From Actinomycetota bacterium (GTDB lineage Bacteria > Actinomycetota > Actinomycetes > Mycobacteriales > Jatrophihabitantaceae), in the NCBI GenBank assembly GCA_019241805.1, contig JAFAWL010000403.1:1-34032 (forward strand): 34,032 nt of DNA, given 5' to 3'. This document shows positions 24,111-32,514 of the stretch, piece after piece; position 1 is the first letter of the stretch, and each line of letters starts with the position of its first letter. Both the position numbers and the translations under genes were made by a program. The notes under the pieces were generated by a model. It saw nothing but the letters and a program-made list of their open reading frames with translations, did no database searches and was not told the origin of the DNA.

Positions 24111-25031
24111 TTGGTTTGGCACCATGGTTCGGTGAGCAGTAGAGCCGCTGAGGCGGCCGCGCCGGCTGGCGCCACGGCGGCAGAAGCGGTGCGCCGTTTC
24201 TGCGAGCTCGGCGACATCGTCGTGCTCTCCGGTGCCGGGCTCTCGACCGACTCGGGCATCCCGGACTACCGGGGCGTCACCGGTAGCCGGCGCCGCTACG
24301 CACCGATGACCTACGACATCTTTCGCGCCGATCCCGTTGCCCGGCACCGCTACTGGGCTCGTAGCTTCCTCGGATGGCGCACCATCGCCCGCGCCCGCCC
24401 CAACGACGGACATCACGCCGTCGCGGCGCTGCAGCAGGAGGGACTGATCCGGGCGATCATCACCCAGAACGTCGACGGCCTGCACCAGGCGGCCGGTGCC
24501 CGGGACGTGATCGAACTGCACGGCGGACTGGACCGCACCGTCTGCCTGGACTGCGGCGAGCGGGCGGCGCGCCAGGAACTCGACGAGCGCCTGCGGTCGG
24601 TGAACGCCGACTACGCACCATCGGTCGCTGCGGTTAACCCTGACGGTGACGTCGAGCTCTTGGCGGCCGAGCTCGACGCGTTCGTGATGGTCGGCTGTCT
24701 GGCCTGCGGTGGTGGTCCACTCAAGCCTGACGTCGTGTTCTTCGGCGAGAACGTGCCGCGTGAGCGGGTCGAGCGCTGTTACGAGCAGGTCGGTAGTGCG
24801 CGCGGCCTGCTCGTGCTCGGCTCCTCCCTGACGGTCATGTCCGGTTATCGGTTCGTCCTGCGGGCGGCCAAGCTCGGCATTCCTGTCGCCATCATCAACC
24901 AGGGCCCGACGCGCGGCGACGCCGCGGCGACGTTGCGCCTGGACGCAGCGCTGGGCTCGCTATTGCCGGCGGTGGTGCGCGGGTCGGAGTCCTCGTGGGC
25001 ACCGCCGCCTGCGATACAAATGCATCCATGA
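24111..25031 (+). CDS. NAD-dependent protein deacylase, Sir2 family (SIRT4-like class)
   Basis: GAGLSTDSGIPDYRG, TQNVDGLH, IELHG, a Zn ribbon CLDCG...CLACGG, KPDVVFFGE and VLGSSLTV. The start is uncertain (TTG 24111 or GTG 24132). Confidence 0.9.
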   Translation: MVWHHGSVSSRAAEAAAPAGATAAEAVRRFCELGDIVVLSGAGLSTDSGIPDYRGVTGSRRRYAPMTYDIFRADPVARHRYWARSFLGWRTIARARPNDGHHAVAALQQEGLIRAIITQNVDGLHQAAGARDVIELHGGLDRTVCLDCGERAARQELDERLRSVNADYAPSVAAVNPDGDVELLAAELDAFVMVGCLACGGGPLKPDVVFFGENVPRERVERCYEQVGSARGLLVLGSSLTVMSGYRFVLRAAKLGIPVAIINQGPTRGDAAATLRLDAALGSLLPAVVRGSESSWAPPPAIQMHP

Positions 25032-25561
25032 CGCACACGGATTCGCAGACGGAGGGCAGCTGGCTGGCGCCGGAGGAGCTCGACTCCGCCCGACAGCGTC
25101 TGCCCATCCTCTACGTCGATGCGATTCCGGTTCGGGTCGACACGCATGGTCAGGTGACCTCGGTCGGCCTGTTGCTGCGAGCAACCAGTCAAGGCACGAT
25201 CACGCGGGCCCTGGTGTCGGGTCGCGTGCTTTACCACGAACGGGTGCGCTCGGCGTTGATCCGTCACCTGGAAAAGGACCTCGGACCGTTGGCCCTGCCG
25301 CGGATTCCGATCGCGCCGCAGCCGTTCACGGTGGCCGAGTACTTCCCGACTCCGGGCGTGACGGCCTTCCACGACCCGCGGCAACACGCGGTGTCCCTTG
25401 CTTTCGTCGTGCCGGTCGAAGGTGACTGCGAGCCGCAGCAGGACGCGTTGGAGTTCTCGTGGTTCGCGCCGGCTGAGGCCCGCGAGCCGGAGGTGCTGGC
25501 CGACATGTCCGGAGGGCAGGACACCCTGCTGTTGCAAGGGCTCTTCTGGGCCGGTGTCTGA
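25028..25561 (+). CDS. Nudix-fold protein with degenerate Nudix box (DUF4916-like)
   Basis: ATG 25028 overlaps the sirtuin TGA (ATGA). GRVLYHERVRSALIRHLEKDLGP fits Gx5Ex7R but then reads HLEKDLGP instead of EUxEExGU. The DUF4916 assignment is from memory. Confidence 0.65.
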   Translation: MTHTDSQTEGSWLAPEELDSARQRLPILYVDAIPVRVDTHGQVTSVGLLLRATSQGTITRALVSGRVLYHERVRSALIRHLEKDLGPLALPRIPIAPQPFTVAEYFPTPGVTAFHDPRQHAVSLAFVVPVEGDCEPQQDALEFSWFAPAEAREPEVLADMSGGQDTLLLQGLFWAGV

Positions 25562-25793
25562 GCGCCCCCGATGGTCATGATCAGGTAGCTCACCGTAAGG
25601 AGACCTACGCCGCGTCAGCAGGTAATAGCGTCACGTGGCTGGGAATTCCTGAGACCGTTCTTGGCATACCGCTCACTAAGACGGACTCGTTATGTGCACG
25701 TTACCCATTTGCGGATCGCGCGTGCGAAACTTCATCTGCGGTGAGCAGGCTGGCGTATCCGGGGGGAGCGCGGGCCCCACTGTCGGATCCGAA

Positions 25794-25852
25794 AGACGTG
25801 GCGGGGCAATCGGGAGCCTCGCGGGGGGTCAAGGCATTTCCCCGCCACGTCT
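25794..25852. other. perfect 13-bp inverted repeat with 33-nt loop (possible RNA structure or terminator)
   Basis: AGACGTGGCGGGG (25794-25806) pairs with CCCCGCCACGTCT (25840-25852). It lies 106 nt past the desA stop on the minus strand. No U-tract beyond UUU. Confidence 0.3.
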
Positions 25853-25957
25853 CGGTGATCAGTGTCGCGCATCCCGCCTTGAATTGCCGTGAGTTGTCTC
25901 GTTGTTGCGCCTACCGGGTCATGACAACGGCACGTCAAACCGACCCGCTGTCAGTGT

Positions 25958-26923
25958 TCAGCGTGTCGCGTCGTGGCGGGCACGGGCGCGCTCCCGCTGT
26001 TCGACGAAGCGCGTCGCCCGGGCGTCGAGATCGCTGACCGCGGCGGCCAACTCCGCCCGAGCCTGCTCACCGCGCGGGCCGACGTCCGTGCGCTCGAACA
26101 CGCGCCAGAACTTCAGCACCGGGGCCACGACCTCGTCGTGATGCAGGCGCAAGTCGTAGATGCCGGCCTTGGCGATGATCACCGAGTTGCGGGTGAAGTC
26201 AGCCATCCCGGCCCCGGGCATCGCGAATCCGACGATCTCGTCGCGCACCGCCTCCATGGCGTCGTCGGGCGCGAGCTCAAATGCGGCCTGCATGAGGTTG
26301 CGATAGAAGACCATATGCAGGTTCTCGTCGGTGCTGACCCGGGCCAGAAGCTGCTCGGCCAGTGGGCAGCCGCTCGTTCGTCCGGTGTTGCGATGCGAGA
26401 CCCGGGTGGCCAGTTCCTGGAACGACACGTAGGCCAGCGCCTGCAGCACGGACTTGTCGCCCGAGTCATAGCCGGCTTGCATGTGCTCCATGCGGGCGCG
26501 TTCGAGTGCGACCGGATCGGCGCCGCGAGTCACCACCAGATAGTCGCGGATCGCGATCGCATGCCGGCCCTCCTCCGCGGTCCATCGGCCGACCCACTGG
26601 CCCCACGCACCGTCACGTCCGAATCTGGTGGCGATCTCGCGGTGGTAGGAGGGCAGGTTGTCCTCCGTAAGCAGGTTCACCACCATCGCGGTCTGCGCGA
26701 CCGGATCCAACGGCGAGTCCTGCGGCACCCAGTCCTCACCACCGAGGAACGCGAAGTCACGCCCCCGGCTCCAAGGCACGTAGTCGTGCGGATGCCATTC
26801 CTTGGCCAGGCCCAGATGGCGATCGAGGTTCTCGGCAACGATCGGTTCGAGGTCGATCAACAGCCGGGTTTGCAGAGCCCGGGCTTCGGCGTCGGGGTGG
26901 CCGGTGCCCGGCTGCGCGGTCAT
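25958..26923 (-). CDS. desA: acyl-ACP desaturase (soluble di-iron, DesA-type)
   Basis: [36 protein letters not shown] and the E..H di-iron motifs, plus [10 protein letters not shown]. Confidence 0.9.
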   Translation of the reverse strand: MTAQPGTGHPDAEARALQTRLLIDLEPIVAENLDRHLGLAKEWHPHDYVPWSRGRDFAFLGGEDWVPQDSPLDPVAQTAMVVNLLTEDNLPSYHREIATRFGRDGAWGQWVGRWTAEEGRHAIAIRDYLVVTRGADPVALERARMEHMQAGYDSGDKSVLQALAYVSFQELATRVSHRNTGRTSGCPLAEQLLARVSTDENLHMVFYRNLMQAAFELAPDDAMEAVRDEIVGFAMPGAGMADFTRNSVIIAKAGIYDLRLHHDEVVAPVLKFWRVFERTDVGPRGEQARAELAAAVSDLDARATRFVEQRERARARHDATR

Positions 26924-27027
26924 GATCGCGCCCCATCAGCCGCGCTCAGTCCGAACTCGGCCCGTCGCTGGGCGGTCACCAGCTCGACGTACTCCGGATG
27001 CCGGTCGGCGCTCGCAGCCTCGGTCAT
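26920..27027 (-). CDS. candidate 35-codon upstream ORF coupled to desA
   Basis: [35 protein letters not shown]. Its TGA overlaps the desA ATG (ATGA at 26923..26920). GC3 is about 77%. No convincing RBS. Confidence 0.3.
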   Translation of the reverse strand: MTEAASADRHPEYVELVTAQRRAEFGLSAADGARS

Positions 27028-27064
27028 AACGTCAACCGTAACGCGTCCTCGAGGTCGACCACCG

Positions 27065-28114
27065 CTACCGGTTGCGCCCGCGCGCAGCCACCGACCAGCG
27101 TTCCACCAGCTCGCCGCCCTGGCGTACGTACACCTCGTCACTGAGGTTGACGGCGGTACAGACATGATTCGGCCAGACGTCGAGGACGTCGCCCAGGCGC
27201 GGGGGATTTGTGCAGCGGCTCACGTCGACCACGCCATGGTGCTCCCAGATCCGGTCGATGACGGCATCCGGATGCGCCGGCAACAGCCCGTGCCCGGTGA
27301 CGTACGGGGGTCGATCAGCCGCCAGCACCTTCGAGCCGGCATCGAGCACGATGCGGCCGGGCACCGGCGTACTGATCACCGTCGACCGGATGCTCAAGGC
27401 GACCTCGTTCGGCGCCGCGACTCCGAGCGCCACCTGCTGCGCGTCGTTGAACACGTACACACCGGGTCGTGTCTCGGTCACGCCGGAACCGGTCCATGGT
27501 GCCGAGGGTGTGCTGCCGCCGGAGACGACCTCGACCACGAACCCGGCGGCTACCAGCTCACCGCGGGCGGCGGCCAGTGCGCTGGCCTCGGCGGCCGCGG
27601 CGCCCGGTCCCGCCCCGGGGGAGTAGGACTGGCCGGGAAAGGTGAAAACGCCGTTCACCAGCAGACCGCAGTCACTCGCCGCCCGGGCGATCGATGCGGC
27701 GCCCGCGGGTTCGACGCCGGTCCGGCCGAGGCCGCAGTCGATCTCTACCAGCGCATGCAGGCCGTCGATGCCGCTCAGGCGACGCGCACCCTCGACCGAA
27801 TCGAGCGCGACGGTGAGCCGCACGGACTCCGTCAAGGCCCGCAGTCGGTCGGGCGTGGAGGTGACCACCGGATTGCCGATGAAGATATCCCGGACTCCGG
27901 CCGCGGCGAACACCTCGGCCTCGCCGATAGTGGCGACGGTGAGGCCACGCGCGCCGAGTTCGAGCTGGTGGCGGGCGACCTCAACCAGCTTGTGGGTCTT
28001 GGCGTGGGGCCGGAGCGCGATGCCGCTCTCGTCGACGAACGCCTGCATCCGCCGCAGATTCGCGTCCATGACAGCAGCGTCGATAACCAGATAGGGCGTC
28101 GCCGGAGGCTGCAT
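27065..28114 (-). CDS. PLP-dependent D-serine deaminase-like / D-threonine aldolase family enzyme (alanine racemase N-domain fold)
   Basis: [16 protein letters not shown]...LRPHAKTHK (PLP-lysine motif)...[11 protein letters not shown]...[14 protein letters not shown] 28114. The longer 28528 start overlaps the divergent adh gene and is an artefact. Confidence 0.8.
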   Translation of the reverse strand: MQPPATPYLVIDAAVMDANLRRMQAFVDESGIALRPHAKTHKLVEVARHQLELGARGLTVATIGEAEVFAAAGVRDIFIGNPVVTSTPDRLRALTESVRLTVALDSVEGARRLSGIDGLHALVEIDCGLGRTGVEPAGAASIARAASDCGLLVNGVFTFPGQSYSPGAGPGAAAAEASALAAARGELVAAGFVVEVVSGGSTPSAPWTGSGVTETRPGVYVFNDAQQVALGVAAPNEVALSIRSTVISTPVPGRIVLDAGSKVLAADRPPYVTGHGLLPAHPDAVIDRIWEHHGVVDVSRCTNPPRLGDVLDVWPNHVCTAVNLSDEVYVRQGGELVERWSVAARGRNR

Positions 28115-28195
28115 GGGGGCGATGCTGCCAGGCGGGCCGATATTCTCGCAGCGCTCCCGGGGGATCGATTTCGAACGAGAACAAGGGGACAGCGC

Positions 28196-29281
28196 ATGAG
28201 TCACGAGGTCCGCGGCGTCGTCAGCCTGGCCAAGGGTGAGCCGGTGACGATGCAAACGATCATCGTTCCGGATCCCGGCCCCGGTGAGGCGCTCGTGGCG
28301 GTGAAAGCCTGCGGGGTCTGCCACACCGATCTGCACTATCGCGAGGGCGGCATCAACGACGACTTCCCGTTCCTGCTCGGGCACGAGGCGGCGGGCACGG
28401 TGGAGACCGTCGGCGACGGCGTCGGCGATATCGCGCCCGGGGATTTGGTCGTCCTCAACTGGCGAGCGGTCTGCGGCAACTGTCGAGCGTGCCGGCGCGG
28501 TCGCCCGTGGTATTGCTTCAACAGCCACAACGCCGCCCAGAAGATGACGCTCGCCGACGGCAGTGTGCTTTCACCCGCGCTGGGCATCGGAGCGTTCGCC
28601 GAGAAGACCCTCGTGCACGCCGGGCAGTGCACGAAGGTCGATCCGATGGTGCGTCCGGAGGTCGCGGGCCTGCTCGGTTGCGGCGTCATGGCCGGACTCG
28701 GCGCGGCGCTTAACACCGGCAACGTCAGCCGGGGCGACACGGTGGCGGTCATCGGTTGCGGCGGTGTCGGCAGCGCCGCCGTCGTGGGCGCGAAGCTGGC
28801 CGGTGCGGCCCGGATCGTGGCCGTGGACATCGACGACCGCAAGCTGGCCACGGCCGCCGCGCTCGGCGCGACCGACACCGTGAACTCGCGCACCGCAGAC
28901 GCAGTCGAAGCGATCCGTGCCCTGACCGGCGGCTTCGGCGCCGACGTCGTCATCGACGCGGTCGGCCGGCCGGAGACCTACGAGCAGGCGTTCTACGCGC
29001 GCGATCTGGCCGGCACGGTCGTGCTCGTCGGCGTCCCCACGCCCGCGATGCGCATCGACCTGCCGCTGCTGGACGTGTTCGGCCGAGGGGGCGCGTTGAA
29101 GTCGTCCTGGTACGGCGACTGCCTGCCCACTCGCGACTTCCCGATGCTGATCGACCTACACCTGCAGGGCCGGCTGCCCCTCGAGGCATTCGTCAGCGAG
29201 ACCATCGCCCTGGACGAGGTCGAAGCCGCCTTCGCCGCCATGGCCGGCGGCGACGTCCTGCGATCGGTGGTCGTCCTCTAG
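28196..29281 (+). CDS. mscR: S-(hydroxymethyl)mycothiol dehydrogenase (class III Zn-ADH)
   Basis: Near-collinear with M. tuberculosis MscR as I recall it: VRGV.S..KGEPV...[41 protein letters not shown]...[16 protein letters not shown]...[31 protein letters not shown]. Confidence 0.9.
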   Translation: MSHEVRGVVSLAKGEPVTMQTIIVPDPGPGEALVAVKACGVCHTDLHYREGGINDDFPFLLGHEAAGTVETVGDGVGDIAPGDLVVLNWRAVCGNCRACRRGRPWYCFNSHNAAQKMTLADGSVLSPALGIGAFAEKTLVHAGQCTKVDPMVRPEVAGLLGCGVMAGLGAALNTGNVSRGDTVAVIGCGGVGSAAVVGAKLAGAARIVAVDIDDRKLATAAALGATDTVNSRTADAVEAIRALTGGFGADVVIDAVGRPETYEQAFYARDLAGTVVLVGVPTPAMRIDLPLLDVFGRGGALKSSWYGDCLPTRDFPMLIDLHLQGRLPLEAFVSETIALDEVEAAFAAMAGGDVLRSVVVL

Positions 29282-29308
29282 CCTAGCCTTCTCGAGCCGT
29301 CGATCCGC

Positions 29309-29875
29309 ATGCCCTTCCTGGCCCTGCTCAACGGGCCGCCCGGCGTCGGCAAGACCACGCTGGCCCGCCGATACGTCGACGCGCATCCGCTCAGTCTCTG
29401 CCTCGACATCGACGTCGTGCGCGGCCTGCTCGGCGCCTGGGTCGAGCAGCCGACGGCCGCCGGCCTGGCCGCGCGATCGATGGCCTTAGCGATGGCTCGC
29501 GTGCAACTGGCGGCCGGCGGGGACGTGCTCGTGCCGCAGTACCTCGGCCGACCAGAGCTCGCCGAGCAGCTGGAGGCCCTCGCGGTCGAGGTCGGGGCTA
29601 CGTTTTACGAGATCGTGTTGCTCGCGCCGCGTGCGGTCGCCAATCGACGCTATCTGCGCCGGCATCAGGCGCCCGGCGCGGGCACCGTGCCGGGCGGGGC
29701 GGCGCACGCATCGGCATTGGATGAGATGCACGATCGGTTGCTTCGACTACTGGCCCTCCGGCCGCGTGCCGTCCCGCTCGACGCCGACCGGGACGCGACA
29801 GACGTTTACGCCGACCTGGTCGCGCTTGTCGCGAGTGGACGTGGACCCGAGGAGCGCGATGAATCCCCCGACTAG
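29309..29875 (+). CDS. P-loop NTPase / small-molecule-kinase-like AAA protein
   Basis: Walker A LLNGPPGVGKTTLA near the N-terminus, about 190 aa, with architecture like AAA_33/zeta-type kinases. Substrate unknown. Confidence 0.65.
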   Translation: MPFLALLNGPPGVGKTTLARRYVDAHPLSLCLDIDVVRGLLGAWVEQPTAAGLAARSMALAMARVQLAAGGDVLVPQYLGRPELAEQLEALAVEVGATFYEIVLLAPRAVANRRYLRRHQAPGAGTVPGGAAHASALDEMHDRLLRLLALRPRAVPLDADRDATDVYADLVALVASGRGPEERDESPD

Positions 29876-29974
29876 CGCCGCGGCGGCCTCATGGGTCACA
29901 ATAATCACGCACGCATCACATCGGGCTTACGGAACGTCGGGGAAGGCGTTGCGCCGAACCGATGGAGGTGTGTG

Positions 29975-30496
29975 ATGACGAGTGCCCACAGTGAGCGCGC
30001 TGTGCCGAGCACCCGGGGCGTGGTGTTCATTCACTGCTGCCCGTCCGCGATCGCGCCGCATGTCGAATGGGCGTTGGCGGGCGTGCTCGGTCGGCCGGCC
30101 CGGCTGACCTGGACGGCGGCCTCGGTGGCTCCGGCGCACCTACGGTCCGAGGCGACCTGGATCGGCAGCGCCGGTACCGCGGCCCGGCTGGCCGCGTCCC
30201 TGCGTGCTTGGCCGATGCTGGTCTTCGAGGTCACCGAAGAGGCCAGCTCGTCGACCGACGGCGAGCGGCTGGCGTACGTGCCCGGCCGTGGATTCCATCG
30301 CAGCATGATCGCGGCCAACGGCGATGTCGTCGTCGGCGAAGAACGCATCCGCGGCCTGCTGGCTCGATGCACCTCGGCCGAACAGTTCGCGCACGGATTG
30401 CACGAGCTGCTCGGGACGGCATGGGACCAGGAGCTGGAGCCCTACCGGCACGCGGGGGACGGCGCGCCGGTGACACTGCTGCATCAGGTGGGCTGA
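29975..30496 (+). CDS. DUF3145-family protein (conserved actinobacterial protein linked to fab operons)
   Basis: GGAGG lies 6 nt before ATG 29975. TRGVVFIHCCPSAIAPHVEWALAGVLG...LTWT...FEVTEEAS...ERLAYVPGRGFH resembles the family as I remember it. Confidence 0.7.
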   Translation: MTSAHSERAVPSTRGVVFIHCCPSAIAPHVEWALAGVLGRPARLTWTAASVAPAHLRSEATWIGSAGTAARLAASLRAWPMLVFEVTEEASSSTDGERLAYVPGRGFHRSMIAANGDVVVGEERIRGLLARCTSAEQFAHGLHELLGTAWDQELEPYRHAGDGAPVTLLHQVG

Positions 30497-30553
30497 GTGG
30501 AGCGGGTGGGCTGAGTGGAGCGGGTGGGCTGAGTGGAGCAGGTGGGCTGAGTC
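30487..30553. repeat. 18-bp tandem repeat, about 3.7 copies (GGTGGGCTGAGTGGAGCG)
   Basis: Units at 30487-30504, 30505-30522 and 30523-30540 (1 mismatch), with a partial unit at 30541-30553. The first unit contains the last codons and TGA (30494-30496) of the DUF3145 gene. Confidence 0.95.
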
Positions 30554-30566
30554 GGCTGAGTGTCGC

Positions 30567-30905
30567 TCAGCTGCTGTCGCGCCGCCCGTCGGGGTCGGCC
30601 GGCCGCCTGATCGTGCGCAGTCGGGCGCTCCATCGGTCGGCCGCCGCCGCCATGGCTTGTGCGGCTACAGCTAGGCGTTGTGGATCGACCGCGTAGCGCA
30701 CCTCACGGCCCTCGCGCCGCTGCGTCACCATCCCGACCTGCAGCAGGACGTCCAGATGTTTGGAGACCGCCTGGCGGGTGACGGGTAGCTCGCGGGCGAT
30801 CGCCGTCGGGGTGGCCTGGCCGTACGCCACGAGCACGTCGAGGACCCGGCGACGGCTGGGCTCCGCCACCGCCGCCCAGAGTTGCTCCTCGTCGACGTCG
30901 CTCAC
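30567..30905 (-). CDS. ArsR/SmtB-family transcriptional regulator
   Basis: LWAAVAEPSRRRVLDVLVAYGQATPTAIARELPVTRQAVSKHLDVLLQVGMVTQRREGREVRYAV. GTG 30905 lies 5 nt after GGAGG. The longer 31007 start is less likely. Confidence 0.8.
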   Translation of the reverse strand: MSDVDEEQLWAAVAEPSRRRVLDVLVAYGQATPTAIARELPVTRQAVSKHLDVLLQVGMVTQRREGREVRYAVDPQRLAVAAQAMAAAADRWSARLRTIRRPADPDGRRDSS

Positions 30906-31182
30906 AGCCACCTCCGGTACGAGCTCGTTCTGGCCGGCCGGCAGGAGCTGGCCGCAGGCGATCATGTCGCCGGGACGATCTTGCCGCCCGTGCTCACTCC
31001 ACGGCACCCGAATGTGACCGGTCCGATGAAAGCCGGCCGGCGCTCTATTCCCTCTGCCCGTGTGGTGGCCGGCTCGGCTGGCTCCGAGAGAGAGGCCGCC
31101 TAGAGGACTACGTCGATGCGGAGGGCTGTGCCGTGCCCCGACGAGTTCCGAATCTCGCCACCCCTGAGCAGCGGCCTGGGCG

Positions 31183-32424
31183 TCAGGCCTTGCGGAACAG
31201 CAGGGACACGTTGTGCCCGCCGAAGCCGAACGAATCGTTGAGCGCTGTATCCACCGTCATTGAACGCGACTGGGTGGGGATATCGACCGTGATCTCGTCG
31301 TCGCGGTCGTCCAGGTTGATCGTCGGAGGGATCGTGTCCGTCTGGACGGACTTGATCGTCGCGATCGCCTCGATCGCGCCGGCCGCGCCGAGGAGATGGC
31401 CGGTCATCGACTTGGTGGCGGTCACCACGGTCTGTTCTCCGAACATCGCGGCGATCCATTTGGCCTCGGCAGTGTCGCCGGCCGGGGTCGACGTCGCGTG
31501 CGCGTTGACGTGCACGACGTCGGTGTAGCTGGCACCGGAGCGTTCGACCGCGAGCCGCGCCGCTCGGCGCTGGCCGTTGCCGTCCGGGTCGGGCAGCACG
31601 ATGTCGTACGAGTCGGCGGTGACGCCGGCGCCGCCGAGCACCGCGTACGGCGTGCGGCCCCGCGCTTCTGCGTCCGATCGGCGCTCGAGTACCAGAACGC
31701 CGGCGCCCTCACCCAGCACGAATCCGTCGCGGCCCTTGTCGAATGGGCGAGAGGCCCGACCGGGTTCGTCGTTGCGCGTGCTCATGGCCTGCATCTGGGC
31801 GAAGCCGGAGATCGTCAGCGGATGGATGCACGCCTCGGTGCCTCCGACGACCACGACGTCGGCGCGCCCGACCTGGATCAGGTCCAGGCCGTAGGCGATC
31901 GCCTCCGCGCCCGACGCACACGCACTGACCGGGGTGAACACCCCCGAGCGGGCGCCGACGGCCAAACCGACGTGCGCGGCCGGGCCGTTCGGCATGTCCA
32001 TCGGAATCAGCAGCGGAGAGACTCGACCGGGACCCTTGTCGAGCATGATGTCGTGTTGATCGATCAGGCTGGTCACGCCACCGATGCCGGTGCCGATGAC
32101 TACGGCCACTCGTTCGGGATCGAGGCCCACCTCGTCGGAGCGGCCCTCGAATCCCGCATCAGCCCAAGCCTCGGCCGCGGCGACCACGGCGGCCTGCTGG
32201 GCTCGGTCCAGGCGGCGGGCCTTGACCCGCGGTATTACCTCCCCCGGATCGACGGTCATCCGCGCTGCGATGCGCACCTTGAGGCCCGCCGCCCATTCCT
32301 CGGTCAGCGGCGCGACGCCGGACCGGCCTTCGAGTAGGCCGGCCCAGAACGTCGCGACGTCACCGCCGAGCGGCGTCGTTGCCCCGAGTCCGGTGACGAC
32401 GATGTCTTCGCTGCTGCTGGCCAC
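31183..32424 (-). CDS. fabF: beta-ketoacyl-ACP synthase II
   Basis: IVVTGLGATTPLG...PVSACASG (active-site Cys)...VNAHATSTP...TKSMTGHLLGAAG...NDSFGFGGHN. The GTG start follows AGGAGGAAG. Confidence 0.95.
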   Translation of the reverse strand: MASSSEDIVVTGLGATTPLGGDVATFWAGLLEGRSGVAPLTEEWAAGLKVRIAARMTVDPGEVIPRVKARRLDRAQQAAVVAAAEAWADAGFEGRSDEVGLDPERVAVVIGTGIGGVTSLIDQHDIMLDKGPGRVSPLLIPMDMPNGPAAHVGLAVGARSGVFTPVSACASGAEAIAYGLDLIQVGRADVVVVGGTEACIHPLTISGFAQMQAMSTRNDEPGRASRPFDKGRDGFVLGEGAGVLVLERRSDAEARGRTPYAVLGGAGVTADSYDIVLPDPDGNGQRRAARLAVERSGASYTDVVHVNAHATSTPAGDTAEAKWIAAMFGEQTVVTATKSMTGHLLGAAGAIEAIATIKSVQTDTIPPTINLDDRDDEITVDIPTQSRSMTVDTALNDSFGFGGHNVSLLFRKA

Positions 32425-32438
32425 GACGAGCTTCCTCC

Positions 32439-32476
32439 TGGTGCGGTACTGACTGGTGCGGTACTGACTGGTGCTG
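32439..32476. repeat. 15-bp tandem repeat, about 2.5 copies (CTGGTGCGGTACTGA)
   Basis: Copies at 32439-32453 and 32454-32468 are identical, with a partial copy at 32469-32476. Abuts the fabF RBS in the acpP-fabF spacer. Confidence 0.9.
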
Positions 32477-32514
32477 GGTGAGGTCAGTGGGTCCGGTCGC
32501 GATCCGGATCCGGG

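Noticed and set aside
20204-25561. Sir2-domain protein next to a large helicase as a possible anti-phage system (Thoeris/DSR/SIR2-HerA-like)
   Set aside because: The Sir2 protein is a compact canonical sirtuin with an intact Zn ribbon and NAD pocket and no effector or sensor fusions. The helicase is full-length housekeeping HrpA on the opposite strand. There are no mobile-element hallmarks or GC anomaly.
25692-25892. 66-aa Cys-containing ORF (MCTLPICGSRVRNFICGE...) as a possible small or RiPP-like peptide gene
   Set aside because: Third-position GC is only about 67%, against about 87% in real genes here. It has no SD, a Gly/Ser/Arg-rich translation and no modifying enzymes nearby.
25750-25900. 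c-di-AMP (ydaO-type) or c-di-GMP riboswitch in the long spacer
   Set aside because: Short motif resemblances only. No gene follows on the + strand, and on the - strand the element would lie 3' of desA. I kept it as an unexplained structured region rather than a riboswitch call.
5607-29281. Many very long ORFs in the track that are antisense to, or 5'-extended versions of, the genes called here. Examples: 5775..6695 -, 6944..7810 -, 7659..9149 -, 10034..11017 -, 21428..22792 +, 22910..24142 +, 23181..24065 -, 31396..32337 +, and the first 2.2 kb of 25973..29281 +. Extended starts occur at 5350, 5607, 7497, 12351, 18878, 24259 and 28528.
   Set aside because: Their translations are Arg/Pro/Gly/Ala-rich with no recognisable motifs. 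They overlap genes that do have clear family signatures on the other strand or frame. Stop codons are rare in all frames at about 70% GC. I re-set starts using RBS spacing, 4-nt overlaps and conserved N-termini.
1325-32476. Tandem repeats as CRISPR arrays
   Set aside because: The units are directly adjacent with no unique spacers, there are 2-5 copies only, and no cas genes are present.
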